The notes under the pieces were generated by a model. That model saw only the letters and a list, made by a program, of their open reading frames with translations. It was not told the origin of the DNA and searched no databases. From the NCBI GenBank assembly GCA_964586425.1, contig CAZPHI010000004.1, forward strand, positions 6,956 through 70,955: a DNA stretch of 64,000 bases, given 5' to 3'. Numbering within the stretch: the stretch's first letter is position 1; each line of letters begins with the position of its first letter. Positions 1 through 8,743 of the stretch are shown here, in pieces. The position numbers were made by a program, and so were the translations under genes. The stretch comes from an uncultured Lachnospiraceae bacterium (GTDB lineage: Bacteria > Bacillota > Clostridia > Lachnospirales > Lachnospiraceae).

Positions 1-2853
1 TCAGATAAGGGCGCCGCTAAAGCTAGTGTGCTTGGAAGTTTGGCTAATGGTGTTTGCATAGAATCATCAAAGAGTAGTAAATCTGATAATAATGGGACTG
101 GAGCCTATACGCAAAAAGGTGAACAGGAAAATGATAAGACATCATTAGCTTCTAAGGAGAATTCAGAGGTAATTGAAGATATAAAGGATAGGGCTAATGC
201 GATGCAATTAAGCCTGAAAGGTGTATTTGCAAAGCTGGACGGAAGTACAGCGGTGGCTGTTGATGAAAGTGGTTATGATGTTACAGGCAGTGATGTAAAA
301 CAATGTGTTGGTGTAATTGAACGAATTAAGATTAAGCTTGCAACATATTGTGATGATTACAATCCGGCTCTTGATAATGTGGGCATGGATCAAATCAAGG
401 CAGTTGTAGGTGATTCAGGAATGGCAGTTAAAGTGAGTGAAGCGATGAGTAAGGCATCATCACTTAAGCCCATTGATAATAATGCAAAAGTATATATGGC
501 AGAAAATGAATTAGAGCCAACTATTGATAATCTATTCAAGGCAAGTTTTAGCACTCAAAATATGGATACAACCCAAAGTGTTAATAGTGATACTTATGAT
601 GTATGGAATCAGCTGAAAGGGCAGTTAGACAACATTTTCTCGAATAATGGAATTGATAATACCCAGGAACACATTGACATAGCAAAGGAGCTATTCGATA
701 ATCAGCTTCCAATTAATGCGGATAACATTGAATTGATGAAAGAGTTGGATTCATTAGAACTTGATAATATGAATGATGCTGATAATATGCTAGATACATT
801 CAACAAGATAATGGATACAGTTTTTGAAGGTGGACAGCCAGGTGATACACTACTGTTAAATAGAAAAACAGATATGCGTCAGGTGATTGATACAATAAAG
901 CTATTATCAAGCAATGATGGTAATCTTGAATTAGATAAAAGTCTGGATCTACAAACAGCCATTGACAATGCAAAACAGCTAGATGAAGAATTAGAGGCAA
1001 ATGATAATACATATATCAGGCTTCAGGAGATTAGGATTCATATGACAGCTGAAGCTGGACTGAGCATAACTAAGAATGGAATTAATCTGGAGACGATTAC
1101 TGTTGGACAGATGGAAAGTGAATTAAAGGCACTGACTGATGAAGATTATAATCTTGATGAGGTCAACAAGGCACTGGATAATATAAAATACGCACCTGTT
1201 GAGGTAATCGGAAGTGTTGACTGGAGTGAAAAGGTTACACTTAATGTGTTATCTGTAAACAGTGTAAATATGACAAAAGCATTAGACAATGCAAAAAGAA
1301 CATATGAGACGGTTGGAACACAGATAAGAGCTGATTTGGGTGATAGAATTACTGATGCATTAAAGAATAGTACGGATTCGATGCTTGAAGGATTAGGGCT
1401 TGATAAAACACAGGCTAATAAGGACGCAGTCAGAATTCTTGCCTATAATAACATGGATGTAACTAATGAGAATATAGATATAATTAAGCAGGCATACCAG
1501 AAGGTGCAGAATCTTATTGAGAATGCCAAGCCACAGGCTGTTATGAACATGATAAAAGCTAATGTTAATCCAATGGATACGGATATTAGTGAGTTGACAA
1601 AGTATCTGGTGGAGAATGAGGGTGATGGAGCTCTTGATTCATATTCAGAATTCCTATACAAGCTTGACAAAAAGCAGGAGTTAACAACAGAAGAGAGAAA
1701 GCAGTATATTGGTATCTATAAGATGATTAATGTGTTCACAAAAGATGCCGGAAGAGCGGTTGGAGCACTCGTAAAACAGGGAAGTGAGCTGAATATGGAG
1801 AATCTTATGTCTGCATATGTAAGCAGGAAAAATTCGCAAATATACAATTCTGATTTTAATTTTGAGCAAAATAAGAAAATAGAAGGATATGTTGACTATT
1901 ATACAGCTTTATTTGAAAAAACAGAGAATAAACTAACTCCGGATACAATGATAGACGCTGCAGCGATAAAGGACAGTATGCTCTATGGAATTGAGGAGTA
2001 TTGTGAAACAATTGCTAATGTATATGATGCGGATAGAGAAGCCGAGAGTATTAATGAGTATTATAGAGAAATGCTTTCAAAAACCTCAAATCAGCAGGCA
2101 GCAGTGGAGTATTTGATTAAGAATGAGCAGACTGTTTCAATTAATAATATAATTGCGGCAGCAGATATTCTTAATGGAGATATGTTAAAGAAAAATAAGA
2201 GGACTAATGATGAAGAGTCATCAACGGATTCTGTACTAGAAGAAGTGGAGATATTAGAGCAGTCAGATGAAAAAAATAATGCCAAGATAGAACAGATTCT
2301 TGCAGAAACAGGACTTGATACAACATATAAAGAGATAGAAAAACTTAGAAATGAAAAGATAGAATTAAAATTATACCAGAATCTTCTTGATAAAGGGACT
2401 GTAACAATACCTATGGAAATTGAAGGCAGGGATACAATGGTTAATGTATCATTTCAGAGTAATTCGGAAATTGGTTCTAATGTTACGGTATCAATGAAGA
2501 CTCAGAGTTATGGAGAGGTCAGAATTACCGCAGAGTTTGAAGTGGATATGGTTAATCAAGAGGATATAGTTAATCAGGAAAACGCAGATAATCAGCAGCA
2601 GATAAAGGTTAGAGGTTTTTGTAACTATAATAATACAGCACTTACAAAATCCATTACAAGCGTGTTTTCTTATGGCAATACTACAGTTAATACAAGTGTT
2701 AGTATTGCGCAGGCATATATGATTCCTGATAATTCATTGGATAAAACTATTGAAGCTGATGAATATAGTAATGGAAAATCCAAGGCAAATCCAAAGCAAA
2801 TGCTTAGAATTGCGGACAGATTGATTCAGGGAATTAAAAATAAGGTTATATAA
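1..2853 (+). CDS. Large acidic N/D/E-rich protein of unknown function, 5'-truncated by the window edge; lies immediately upstream of flagellin
   Basis: Frame 1 is open from nt 1 (no stop before the GTG at 28). It runs more than 941 codons to a stop at 2851-2853. I recognised no catalytic motif; the only functional hint is the flagellar-locus context. Confidence 0.6.
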   Translation, partial: SDKGAAKASVLGSLANGVCIESSKSSKSDNNGTGAYTQKGEQENDKTSLASKENSEVIEDIKDRANAMQLSLKGVFAKLDGSTAVAVDESGYDVTGSDVKQCVGVIERIKIKLATYCDDYNPALDNVGMDQIKAVVGDSGMAVKVSEAMSKASSLKPIDNNAKVYMAENELEPTIDNLFKASFSTQNMDTTQSVNSDTYDVWNQLKGQLDNIFSNNGIDNTQEHIDIAKELFDNQLPINADNIELMKELDSLELDNMNDADNMLDTFNKIMDTVFEGGQPGDTLLLNRKTDMRQVIDTIKLLSSNDGNLELDKSLDLQTAIDNAKQLDEELEANDNTYIRLQEIRIHMTAEAGLSITKNGINLETITVGQMESELKALTDEDYNLDEVNKALDNIKYAPVEVIGSVDWSEKVTLNVLSVNSVNMTKALDNAKRTYETVGTQIRADLGDRITDALKNSTDSMLEGLGLDKTQANKDAVRILAYNNMDVTNENIDIIKQAYQKVQNLIENAKPQAVMNMIKANVNPMDTDISELTKYLVENEGDGALDSYSEFLYKLDKKQELTTEERKQYIGIYKMINVFTKDAGRAVGALVKQGSELNMENLMSAYVSRKNSQIYNSDFNFEQNKKIEGYVDYYTALFEKTENKLTPDTMIDAAAIKDSMLYGIEEYCETIANVYDADREAESINEYYREMLSKTSNQQAAVEYLIKNEQTVSINNIIAAADILNGDMLKKNKRTNDEESSTDSVLEEVEILEQSDEKNNAKIEQILAETGLDTTYKEIEKLRNEKIELKLYQNLLDKGTVTIPMEIEGRDTMVNVSFQSNSEIGSNVTVSMKTQSYGEVRITAEFEVDMVNQEDIVNQENADNQQQIKVRGFCNYNNTALTKSITSVFSYGNTTVNTSVSIAQAYMIPDNSLDKTIEADEYSNGKSKANPKQMLRIADRLIQGIKNKVI

Positions 2854-2856
2854 GTA

Positions 2857-2884
2857 TAAGTTATGTAACAGCATTTACCGATAC
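2857..2884 (+). promoter_or_regulatory. Candidate sigma-28 (SigD/FliA)-type promoter for flagellin
   Basis: TAAG (2857-2860), 16 nt, ACCGATAC (2877-2884), compared with consensus TAAA-N15/16-GCCGATAA. A second and better -10-like GCCGATAT lies at 2953-2960 but has no matching -35. Confidence 0.4.
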
Positions 2885-2925
2885 ATATAACAGATAAAAC
2901 AGACAGTAAGCAATGTGTAATGACT

Positions 2926-2977
2926 CACGGATGAGGAAGTTAGGCATGGATAGCCGATATAATACACGGAAATGAGG
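2926..2977 (+). promoter_or_regulatory. Duplicated CACGGA(N)ATGAGG motif in the flagellin 5' leader; candidate CsrA binding sites, the second overlapping the Shine-Dalgarno
   Basis: CACGGATGAGG at 2926-2936 and CACGGAAATGAGG at 2965-2977. The GAGG at 2974-2977 is the SD for the ATG at 2983. Twin GGA-containing sites resemble the B. subtilis hag leader logic. Confidence 0.35.
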
Positions 2978-2982
2978 TCATT

Positions 2983-4380
2983 ATGAGAATTAATACAAAT
3001 ACATCAGCTATTACAGCAAATAATCAGTTAGCAAAAGTTGAACAGAGCCTGTCAACATCGCTTGAGAGACTTTCTTCTGGTTACAAATTAAATCAGGCAT
3101 CTGATAATGCATCAGGAATGGCTATTTCATTGAAGATGAAGCTTCAGATTAGAGGCTTGAAACAGTCAGATACTAATGCAGCAGATGGTATGTCAGTTAT
3201 TCAGACAGCGGAGGGTGCACTTGAAGAGATTCAGGCAATGATAGAGCGTATGAAGGAATTGACGGTACAGGCAGCGAATGACGTAAACTCAGATGAGGAA
3301 CGTGGAGCAATTCAGTCAGAGATTAATACTTTGAATGATGAGATTAATAGAATAACTAAGGATACAGATTTTAATACGCAGCCTTTGTTAGATGGAACAC
3401 TATCAAGAAGAGTCTATGCAGATAATAGCAATGTTAATATTCTTGAATGCACTAATAATATATCAGCCGGAATGTATGGTATAGATATAGTTGCGGATGC
3501 AGAACAGGCAGAACTTAGCGGAAGCTTTGCAGGATTCACTGAACCGGTAACAGCAGCAATGGCAGGTACAATTACAATTAATGGCTATGATTTGGCAATA
3601 AAAGAAGGAGAAAGCCTTAATACAGTTAAAACTAATCTTAATGCTGCACTTGATAATATTGCCGGAAGAATGGAACTTAGTGGGGATAATGTAACATTTT
3701 CAACTAATGCATATGGAGTTGATGAGAAGCTTGATATTAGTTTCTCAAACAGCAGTCTTGCGAGTGCATTCGGTATGTTCTCTGAGAATACGGCAGAAGG
3801 TAAGGATGCAGAGGTTACATGGGCATTGGATGATGATGGCCAGAGAATTGGCTTTGAAGATACAGCAACAATAACAGCACAGGGTAATAAGATTACAGTT
3901 AATGATACCAATAGTCGAAAGTTTGAATTCACTATTCAAGAAGGTATGGCTGGACAGACTGTCATGAATGAAGTTACAGATATAGGAATGATGACAGTTC
4001 ATGTTGGAGCTAATCAGGGACAGCAGATTGACCTTGATATACCAGCTGTTAATAGTGTTACAATAGGAACTGATGATATTAATGTTATGACATATCATAA
4101 CGCAAGTAGAGCTATTACAAAGGTTGATAGTGCGCTTACCAAAGTTTCTTCAATCAGAGCTAATCTTGGTGCATATGAGAATCGTCTTGAACATACTTCT
4201 AATAACCTAACTGTGTCAAACGAGAATCTTGAGACAGCATTATCAAGAATTACTGATACAGATATGGCGGAAGAGATGACTGCTTATACATCTAATAATG
4301 TGTTAGTTCAGGCGGCAACTTCAATGCTTTCACAGGCAAATCAAAGACCTGAAAGTGTATTGCAGTTATTGCAGAAATAA
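2983..4380 (+). CDS. fliC: Flagellin
   Basis: Canonical N-terminus MRINTNTSA...LERLSSGYKLNQASDNASGMAIS and C-terminus ...RITDTDMAEEMTAYTSNNVLVQAATSMLSQANQRPESVLQLLQK. SD GAGG lies upstream. A long variable middle domain is present. Confidence 0.97.
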   Translation: MRINTNTSAITANNQLAKVEQSLSTSLERLSSGYKLNQASDNASGMAISLKMKLQIRGLKQSDTNAADGMSVIQTAEGALEEIQAMIERMKELTVQAANDVNSDEERGAIQSEINTLNDEINRITKDTDFNTQPLLDGTLSRRVYADNSNVNILECTNNISAGMYGIDIVADAEQAELSGSFAGFTEPVTAAMAGTITINGYDLAIKEGESLNTVKTNLNAALDNIAGRMELSGDNVTFSTNAYGVDEKLDISFSNSSLASAFGMFSENTAEGKDAEVTWALDDDGQRIGFEDTATITAQGNKITVNDTNSRKFEFTIQEGMAGQTVMNEVTDIGMMTVHVGANQGQQIDLDIPAVNSVTIGTDDINVMTYHNASRAITKVDSALTKVSSIRANLGAYENRLEHTSNNLTVSNENLETALSRITDTDMAEEMTAYTSNNVLVQAATSMLSQANQRPESVLQLLQK

Positions 4381-4424
4381 TCAAAGTATTGATTATTGAT
4401 ACTGCGGGATAATGGAGGCTGTAG

Positions 4425-4937
4425 ATGAAACAAGAGGACATAAAGACATATTCATATAGAATAACTCAGGCAAATAAGAGTGAATTGACAGTTATTACTT
4501 ATGACATATGTCTTAATTATATAGATGAAGCATTAGTAGAACTTGATGATTATAATTCGAGTAAAAAGGAGATATTATTAAGCAATATCAGACAGGCAAG
4601 AGCCTGTATAGATCAGCTTATTAATTCACTTGATATGCAGTATGATATATCAAGACAGCTGCTAAGCATATATATGTATATTAATATTGATTTGAACAAA
4701 ATCAGATGCAGTTACATTGGTTCTAATAAAGAACGACAACTGCAAAGCTGCAAAGAATTACAAAGATTAAAGGAAATAGTTTTCAAATTAAGAAATTCAT
4801 TCTATCAGGTAAGTCAGACAGATAAGTCAGAACCATTGATGGCAAATACGCAGAAGGTATATGCCGGGCTTACATATTCGGGAAGAAATCTTAATGAAAC
4901 ATATACAAATAATAACAGCCGAGGATTTCTGGTATAG
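4425..4937 (+). CDS. fliS: FliS-like flagellin export chaperone (longer than typical FliS)
   Basis: Immediately downstream of flagellin. The pattern ITQANKSELTVITYDICLNYIDEA...NIRQARACIDQLINSLD...LLSIYMYI parallels FliS (V.TA.P.EL.LMLYDG...KAQ.II.EL...L..LY.Y). Strong SD GGAGG. Confidence 0.65.
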   Translation: MKQEDIKTYSYRITQANKSELTVITYDICLNYIDEALVELDDYNSSKKEILLSNIRQARACIDQLINSLDMQYDISRQLLSIYMYINIDLNKIRCSYIGSNKERQLQSCKELQRLKEIVFKLRNSFYQVSQTDKSEPLMANTQKVYAGLTYSGRNLNETYTNNNSRGFLV

Positions 4938-4951
4938 AAATCCCCGGCTGT
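4915..4951. terminator. Bidirectional stem-loop terminator between convergent fliS-like and pfp genes
   Basis: ACAGCCGAGGATTTC (4915-4929), 7-nt loop, GAAATCCCCGGCTGT (4937-4951): 15 bp with 1 mismatch. T-rich on both sides. Confidence 0.6.
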
Positions 4952-4974
4952 TGTATATAATTAAGTTCTAATAA

Positions 4975-6198
4975 TTATAAGCTGAGTTTAAGATGTCTTG
5001 GAAGACCATCAACCATAATTGGAGTAAGCTCTGCCTGAATCAAAGGCTTAATATAGTTGATTAAATCATCTGTAATATAGTTATCATCAGTAATCCACTC
5101 AAGTGGAACTTTCTTTTCAATATTAGCAATCTTGTGTACATCCTGAACATCTGTAATACAGATATATGGATCATCAGAAATTCTCTTAAGAATTACAACT
5201 TTACCTGTATCTCCTTCAAATGCAGCCTTAACAGCAGCACCACCAACCTGGAAAGCTTCTGTAATATCTGTTCTTGATGTAAGATGTGCAGCACAACGCT
5301 GTAAAGTACTTAATTCGATTGCTCTGGCTTTAACACCAAGTTCAGAACCAATCTTGTCAGCAAGGAACTGTGCGGAACCCTGTAACTGTTTGTGACCAAA
5401 AGCATCAACGAATTCTACATGCTCAGTAAGCTCGAATACATAACGGCCATCTGCAACTTTAATACCTTCTGAGATAGCAATAACTAAAGAACGTCTTTCT
5501 TTAAGCTTTTCTTTAATGCTGTTCATGAATTTGTCAATATCAAAGGCAATTTCAGGAAGATATAGCATATCTACGCCTTCGCAATCCTCACCTTTGGCAA
5601 GAGCAGCAGCAGCAGTAAGCCATCCTGCATTACGTCCCATAATTTCAACTATTGTAATAGTTGGATAATCATATACAAGACCGTCTCTGATAATTTCCTT
5701 CATAGAAGCTGCTATGTATTTAGCGGCACTACCATAACCAGGAGTATGATCTGTAATGGCAAGATCATTATCGATTGTTTTTGGTACGCCCATGAACTTG
5801 ATATCGCTGTTAACAAGAATTGCATAATCTGATAACTTCTTAATTGTATCCATTGAATCATTACCACCAATATAGAAGAAAGCAGAAATCTCTAATTCTT
5901 CAAGTTTGGCAAAAATCTTCTCATATACTTCACGATCGTCACAAATTTCTGGAAGTTTATAACGACATGAACCTAGGAATGATGATGGTGTACGTTTTAG
6001 GAGATCAATATCAAGACTAGTCTTAATATGCTCAGATAAATCTACATATTGTCCATCAAGTAAACCTTTAATACCATGAAGCATACCATATACTTTATTA
6101 GCACCTCTGTCTTTTGCTGTTTTATAAACACCAACAAGGCTTGAATTAATTACCGATGTTGGACCACCAGACTGGCCAACAATAACATTTCCTATCAT
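4975..6198 (-). CDS. pfp: 6-phosphofructokinase, PPi-dependent-type (diphosphate--fructose-6-phosphate 1-phosphotransferase-like)
   Basis: MIGNVIVGQSGGPTSVINSS, GGNDS (Asp where ATP-PFKs have Gly in GGDGS), PKTIDNDL, MGRNAGWL. Start moved to the ATG at 6198, preceded by AGGAGG; the longest ORF starts at 6231. Confidence 0.88.
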   Translation of the reverse strand: MIGNVIVGQSGGPTSVINSSLVGVYKTAKDRGANKVYGMLHGIKGLLDGQYVDLSEHIKTSLDIDLLKRTPSSFLGSCRYKLPEICDDREVYEKIFAKLEELEISAFFYIGGNDSMDTIKKLSDYAILVNSDIKFMGVPKTIDNDLAITDHTPGYGSAAKYIAASMKEIIRDGLVYDYPTITIVEIMGRNAGWLTAAAALAKGEDCEGVDMLYLPEIAFDIDKFMNSIKEKLKERRSLVIAISEGIKVADGRYVFELTEHVEFVDAFGHKQLQGSAQFLADKIGSELGVKARAIELSTLQRCAAHLTSRTDITEAFQVGGAAVKAAFEGDTGKVVILKRISDDPYICITDVQDVHKIANIEKKVPLEWITDDNYITDDLINYIKPLIQAELTPIMVDGLPRHLKLSL

Positions 6199-6359
6199 AA
6201 CGGATCCTCCTATAATATGTGCTATACACAATATTTTGATAACAGTATTTTAACATATAAAATTATAAGGTACAATAAGCAAAATAATTTTAAGTATTAT
6301 TTGCAATGAATGAACATATCTATGTAAAAAAGCAAAATAATACATTAGAATATTAAATG

Positions 6360-6388
6360 TTGAAAAAAATGGCATATTATGTTAATAT
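6360..6388 (+). promoter_or_regulatory. Candidate sigma-A promoter for the zinc-ribbon membrane protein gene
   Basis: TTGAAA (6360-6365), 17 nt, TAATAT (6383-6388), with an extended -10 TGt. Confidence 0.35.
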
Positions 6389-6430
6389 TTTAGAGGATTT
6401 ATAAAACTTTTATATTTTAGGAGGATTATC

Positions 6431-7222
6431 ATGGGATTTTGCACAAAATGCGGAAGACAATTAAACGATGGTGAAGTTTGTAACTGTCAGTCACAGACAA
6501 CAACACCAGTACAGCCAGTACAGCCACAGGCAGCACAGCCACAGGCAGCATCAATCAACACAGCACAGGCAGGTGCTTTCTTTGGAAAGGTTTGGTCAGT
6601 TATCAAAGGCGTAATTACAAAGCCAGTTGAAACAATCAGCTCATATGTAAACAGTGCTAATGTAGCAATTGCTTGCGTACTTATTGGATGTAATGCTTTA
6701 GCAGCATTCCTTGTAAGATGGTTTAGATTACTTAAAGTTAATTCAGCAAAATCATCTAGCGATGTATTAAATAACATGTCACTTGATGATATATTAAGCT
6801 ATGCATCAGGTTCTTCACGCTCATCTAAGCTTTCAGCTGGATATATGTTTAAGCATATGTTCTTTGACGCACTTGAAGTATGTTTAATAGCAGCAGTTGT
6901 TGCAGTTGTTATTATGTTATTTGCTAATGTATTAGCAAAAGTTAAGATGTCATATGTTAAAGCACTTTGCATCACAAGTTTATCAGCAATCATCGCAACA
7001 CCAGCTACAATTATTGCTTGGTTATTCGGTTTATTCGGTGTTGAGTTCTTTACACAGCTTGCATCATGGATATCAACATTCTCAGTACTTTGTACTGCAG
7101 CATTCATGTACATCGGTATCAAAGCAGTAGTTAAGAACGAGAATAAGATTCCATTCATCATGGGATTAACAGCATTCGGTTCAGGATTAATGTCATATCT
7201 TGTATACCTTATCAGTAAGTAA
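6431..7222 (+). CDS. Zinc-ribbon domain membrane protein with a P/Q-rich linker
   Basis: N-terminal CxxC...CxC (MGFCTKCGRQLNDGEVCNC), a PVQPVQPQAAQPQAA repeat, then several hydrophobic helices. Strong SD AGGAGG. Confidence 0.7.
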   Translation: MGFCTKCGRQLNDGEVCNCQSQTTTPVQPVQPQAAQPQAASINTAQAGAFFGKVWSVIKGVITKPVETISSYVNSANVAIACVLIGCNALAAFLVRWFRLLKVNSAKSSSDVLNNMSLDDILSYASGSSRSSKLSAGYMFKHMFFDALEVCLIAAVVAVVIMLFANVLAKVKMSYVKALCITSLSAIIATPATIIAWLFGLFGVEFFTQLASWISTFSVLCTAAFMYIGIKAVVKNENKIPFIMGLTAFGSGLMSYLVYLISK

Positions 7223-7263
7223 TTAGAGAAGTTTAGAGAAGTGTAACAAAAAATTATTTATAT

Positions 7264-7308
7264 AAGAATGTCTTTTTATTTGTGCAGATAAAGAGACATT
7301 CTTTTTTT
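7264..7308 (+). terminator. Rho-independent terminator
   Basis: AAGAATGTCTTTTTA / TAAAGAGACATTCTT stem (1 mismatch) followed by a T7 run. Confidence 0.7.
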
Positions 7309-7413
7309 GTGCTGATAAATGTTGCATCACTGTTGTTTAAATTGTTATTTATGGTACAATATAGATAGTATTATTATGTATGCAATAATCTAATTGCATA
7401 GAAAAGAGGCAGT

Positions 7414-8139
7414 ATGGAATATTTAAGTGTTGAGGAAAATAAAGCATTTGCAGGAACGGGAGAAAACAATAGCAGTGGACAAAATCTTGACGAATTCTTG
7501 AAAGCATATGACCCTTTCAGATATAAGAATCCGAGCAGTACGGTAGATACGCTGGTGTTCACAAGAAAGGATGATAAAATCAAAAGGCTGCTGCTTATCA
7601 AGAGAGCAAATCATCCAAGTATTGGATGGTGGGCACTTCCAGGTGGATTTGTTGATTTTATGGAGGATACAGATAAAGCTGCAAAGAGAGAGTTAATGGA
7701 AGAAACTGGTATAGATAATATTAATATTGAACAGTTAAAATCCTACGGTGCATATAATAGGGACCCAAGGACAAGAATAATTACTACAGCATATGTAGCG
7801 ATTGTGGATGATAGCAAAGCGCTTGCGACAGCTGGAGATGATGCCAAAGATGCGGCATGGTTTGAAATCGAGGATATTCTTATTAGAAGATTGAATATGG
7901 GAGAGCGTACCAGAGAAGAACACAGAGTGTCACTTATGGATATTAAGACTGGTAATAATCCAACGGCGATTGTATCTAAGGAATATAATAATAATGCAAT
8001 ATTAGATAATGTAGAATATAATGTGTGTAATCGTAATATGTTAGCGGCAGATCATGGAGCAATTATACTTGAAGGGTATGAATATGTAAGCAGAAAGTTG
8101 AGAGAGTATTATGAAAAAGCAAAATTGGAAACCAGGTAA
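7414..8139 (+). CDS. NUDIX hydrolase (ADP-ribose pyrophosphatase-like)
   Basis: Nudix box GGFVDFMEDTDKAAKRELMEETGI. Confidence 0.85.
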   Translation: MEYLSVEENKAFAGTGENNSSGQNLDEFLKAYDPFRYKNPSSTVDTLVFTRKDDKIKRLLLIKRANHPSIGWWALPGGFVDFMEDTDKAAKRELMEETGIDNINIEQLKSYGAYNRDPRTRIITTAYVAIVDDSKALATAGDDAKDAAWFEIEDILIRRLNMGERTREEHRVSLMDIKTGNNPTAIVSKEYNNNAILDNVEYNVCNRNMLAADHGAIILEGYEYVSRKLREYYEKAKLETR

Positions 8140-8743
8140 TATGCTATATCCATTACCAGCGGTAATGATTAGTTGTCAAAGAGAGAATGAAAAGCCTAAT
8201 ATTATAACTGTAGCATGGGCTGGTACAATATGTACTAATCCACCAATGGTTTCTATATCGGTAAGGCCGGAAAGATATTCATATGATATAATCAAAGAGA
8301 CAAAGGAGTTCGTAATTAATCTGACAACGGAGGAACTTACGTATGCAACTGATTATTGTGGGGTAAGATCCGGACGTGATGTTGACAAATTCAAAGAATT
8401 AGGATTAACACCTCAGGCTATGGAACATGTATCAGTACCGGGAATTGAAGAGTCGCCTGTTAATATTGAGTGTAAGGTGGTTGAGATTAAGGAACTGGGA
8501 AGTCATCATATGTTCATTGCAACGGTAGAGGGTGTTAGCGTAGATGAGCAATATATGGATGAAAAGAACAAGTTTGATCTGAATAGTAGTAAACTGTGTG
8601 TGTATTCACATGGTGAGTATTATGGATTAGGTAAAAAGCTTGGAACATTCGGCTATTCAGTAGCAAAAAAGAAATCAAAAAAAATACAGGGAAATAGAGT
8701 AAACAGGGATGAAAATAAACTACATCAAAATAAAAAACTATAA
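8111..8743 (+). CDS. Flavin reductase family protein with an atypical basic C-terminal tail
   Basis: N-terminus KPGNMLYPLPAVMISC...NIITVAWAGTICTNPPMVSISVRP is typical of the flavin reductase-like domain. The last ~25 aa (KKKSKKIQGNRVNRDENKLHQNKKL) look non-homologous and overlap the next gene. Confidence 0.85.
   Translation: MKKQNWKPGNMLYPLPAVMISCQRENEKPNIITVAWAGTICTNPPMVSISVRPERYSYDIIKETKEFVINLTTEELTYATDYCGVRSGRDVDKFKELGLTPQAMEHVSVPGIEESPVNIECKVVEIKELGSHHMFIATVEGVSVDEQYMDEKNKFDLNSSKLCVYSHGEYYGLGKKLGTFGYSVAKKKSKKIQGNRVNRDENKLHQNKKL

Noticed and set aside
2953-2960. GCCGATAT, an excellent sigma-28 -10 match 22 nt before the flagellin ATG
   Set aside because: It is not called as the primary promoter. 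No TAAA-like -35 lies at N15-16, and the resulting leader would be only ~15 nt, excluding the first CACGGA motif. It is kept as an alternative in the promoter feature.
3585-4098. Two overlapping minus-strand ORFs (115 and 117 aa) inside the flagellin gene
   Set aside because: They are antisense to an unambiguous flagellin CDS and have low-complexity composition, so they are spurious.
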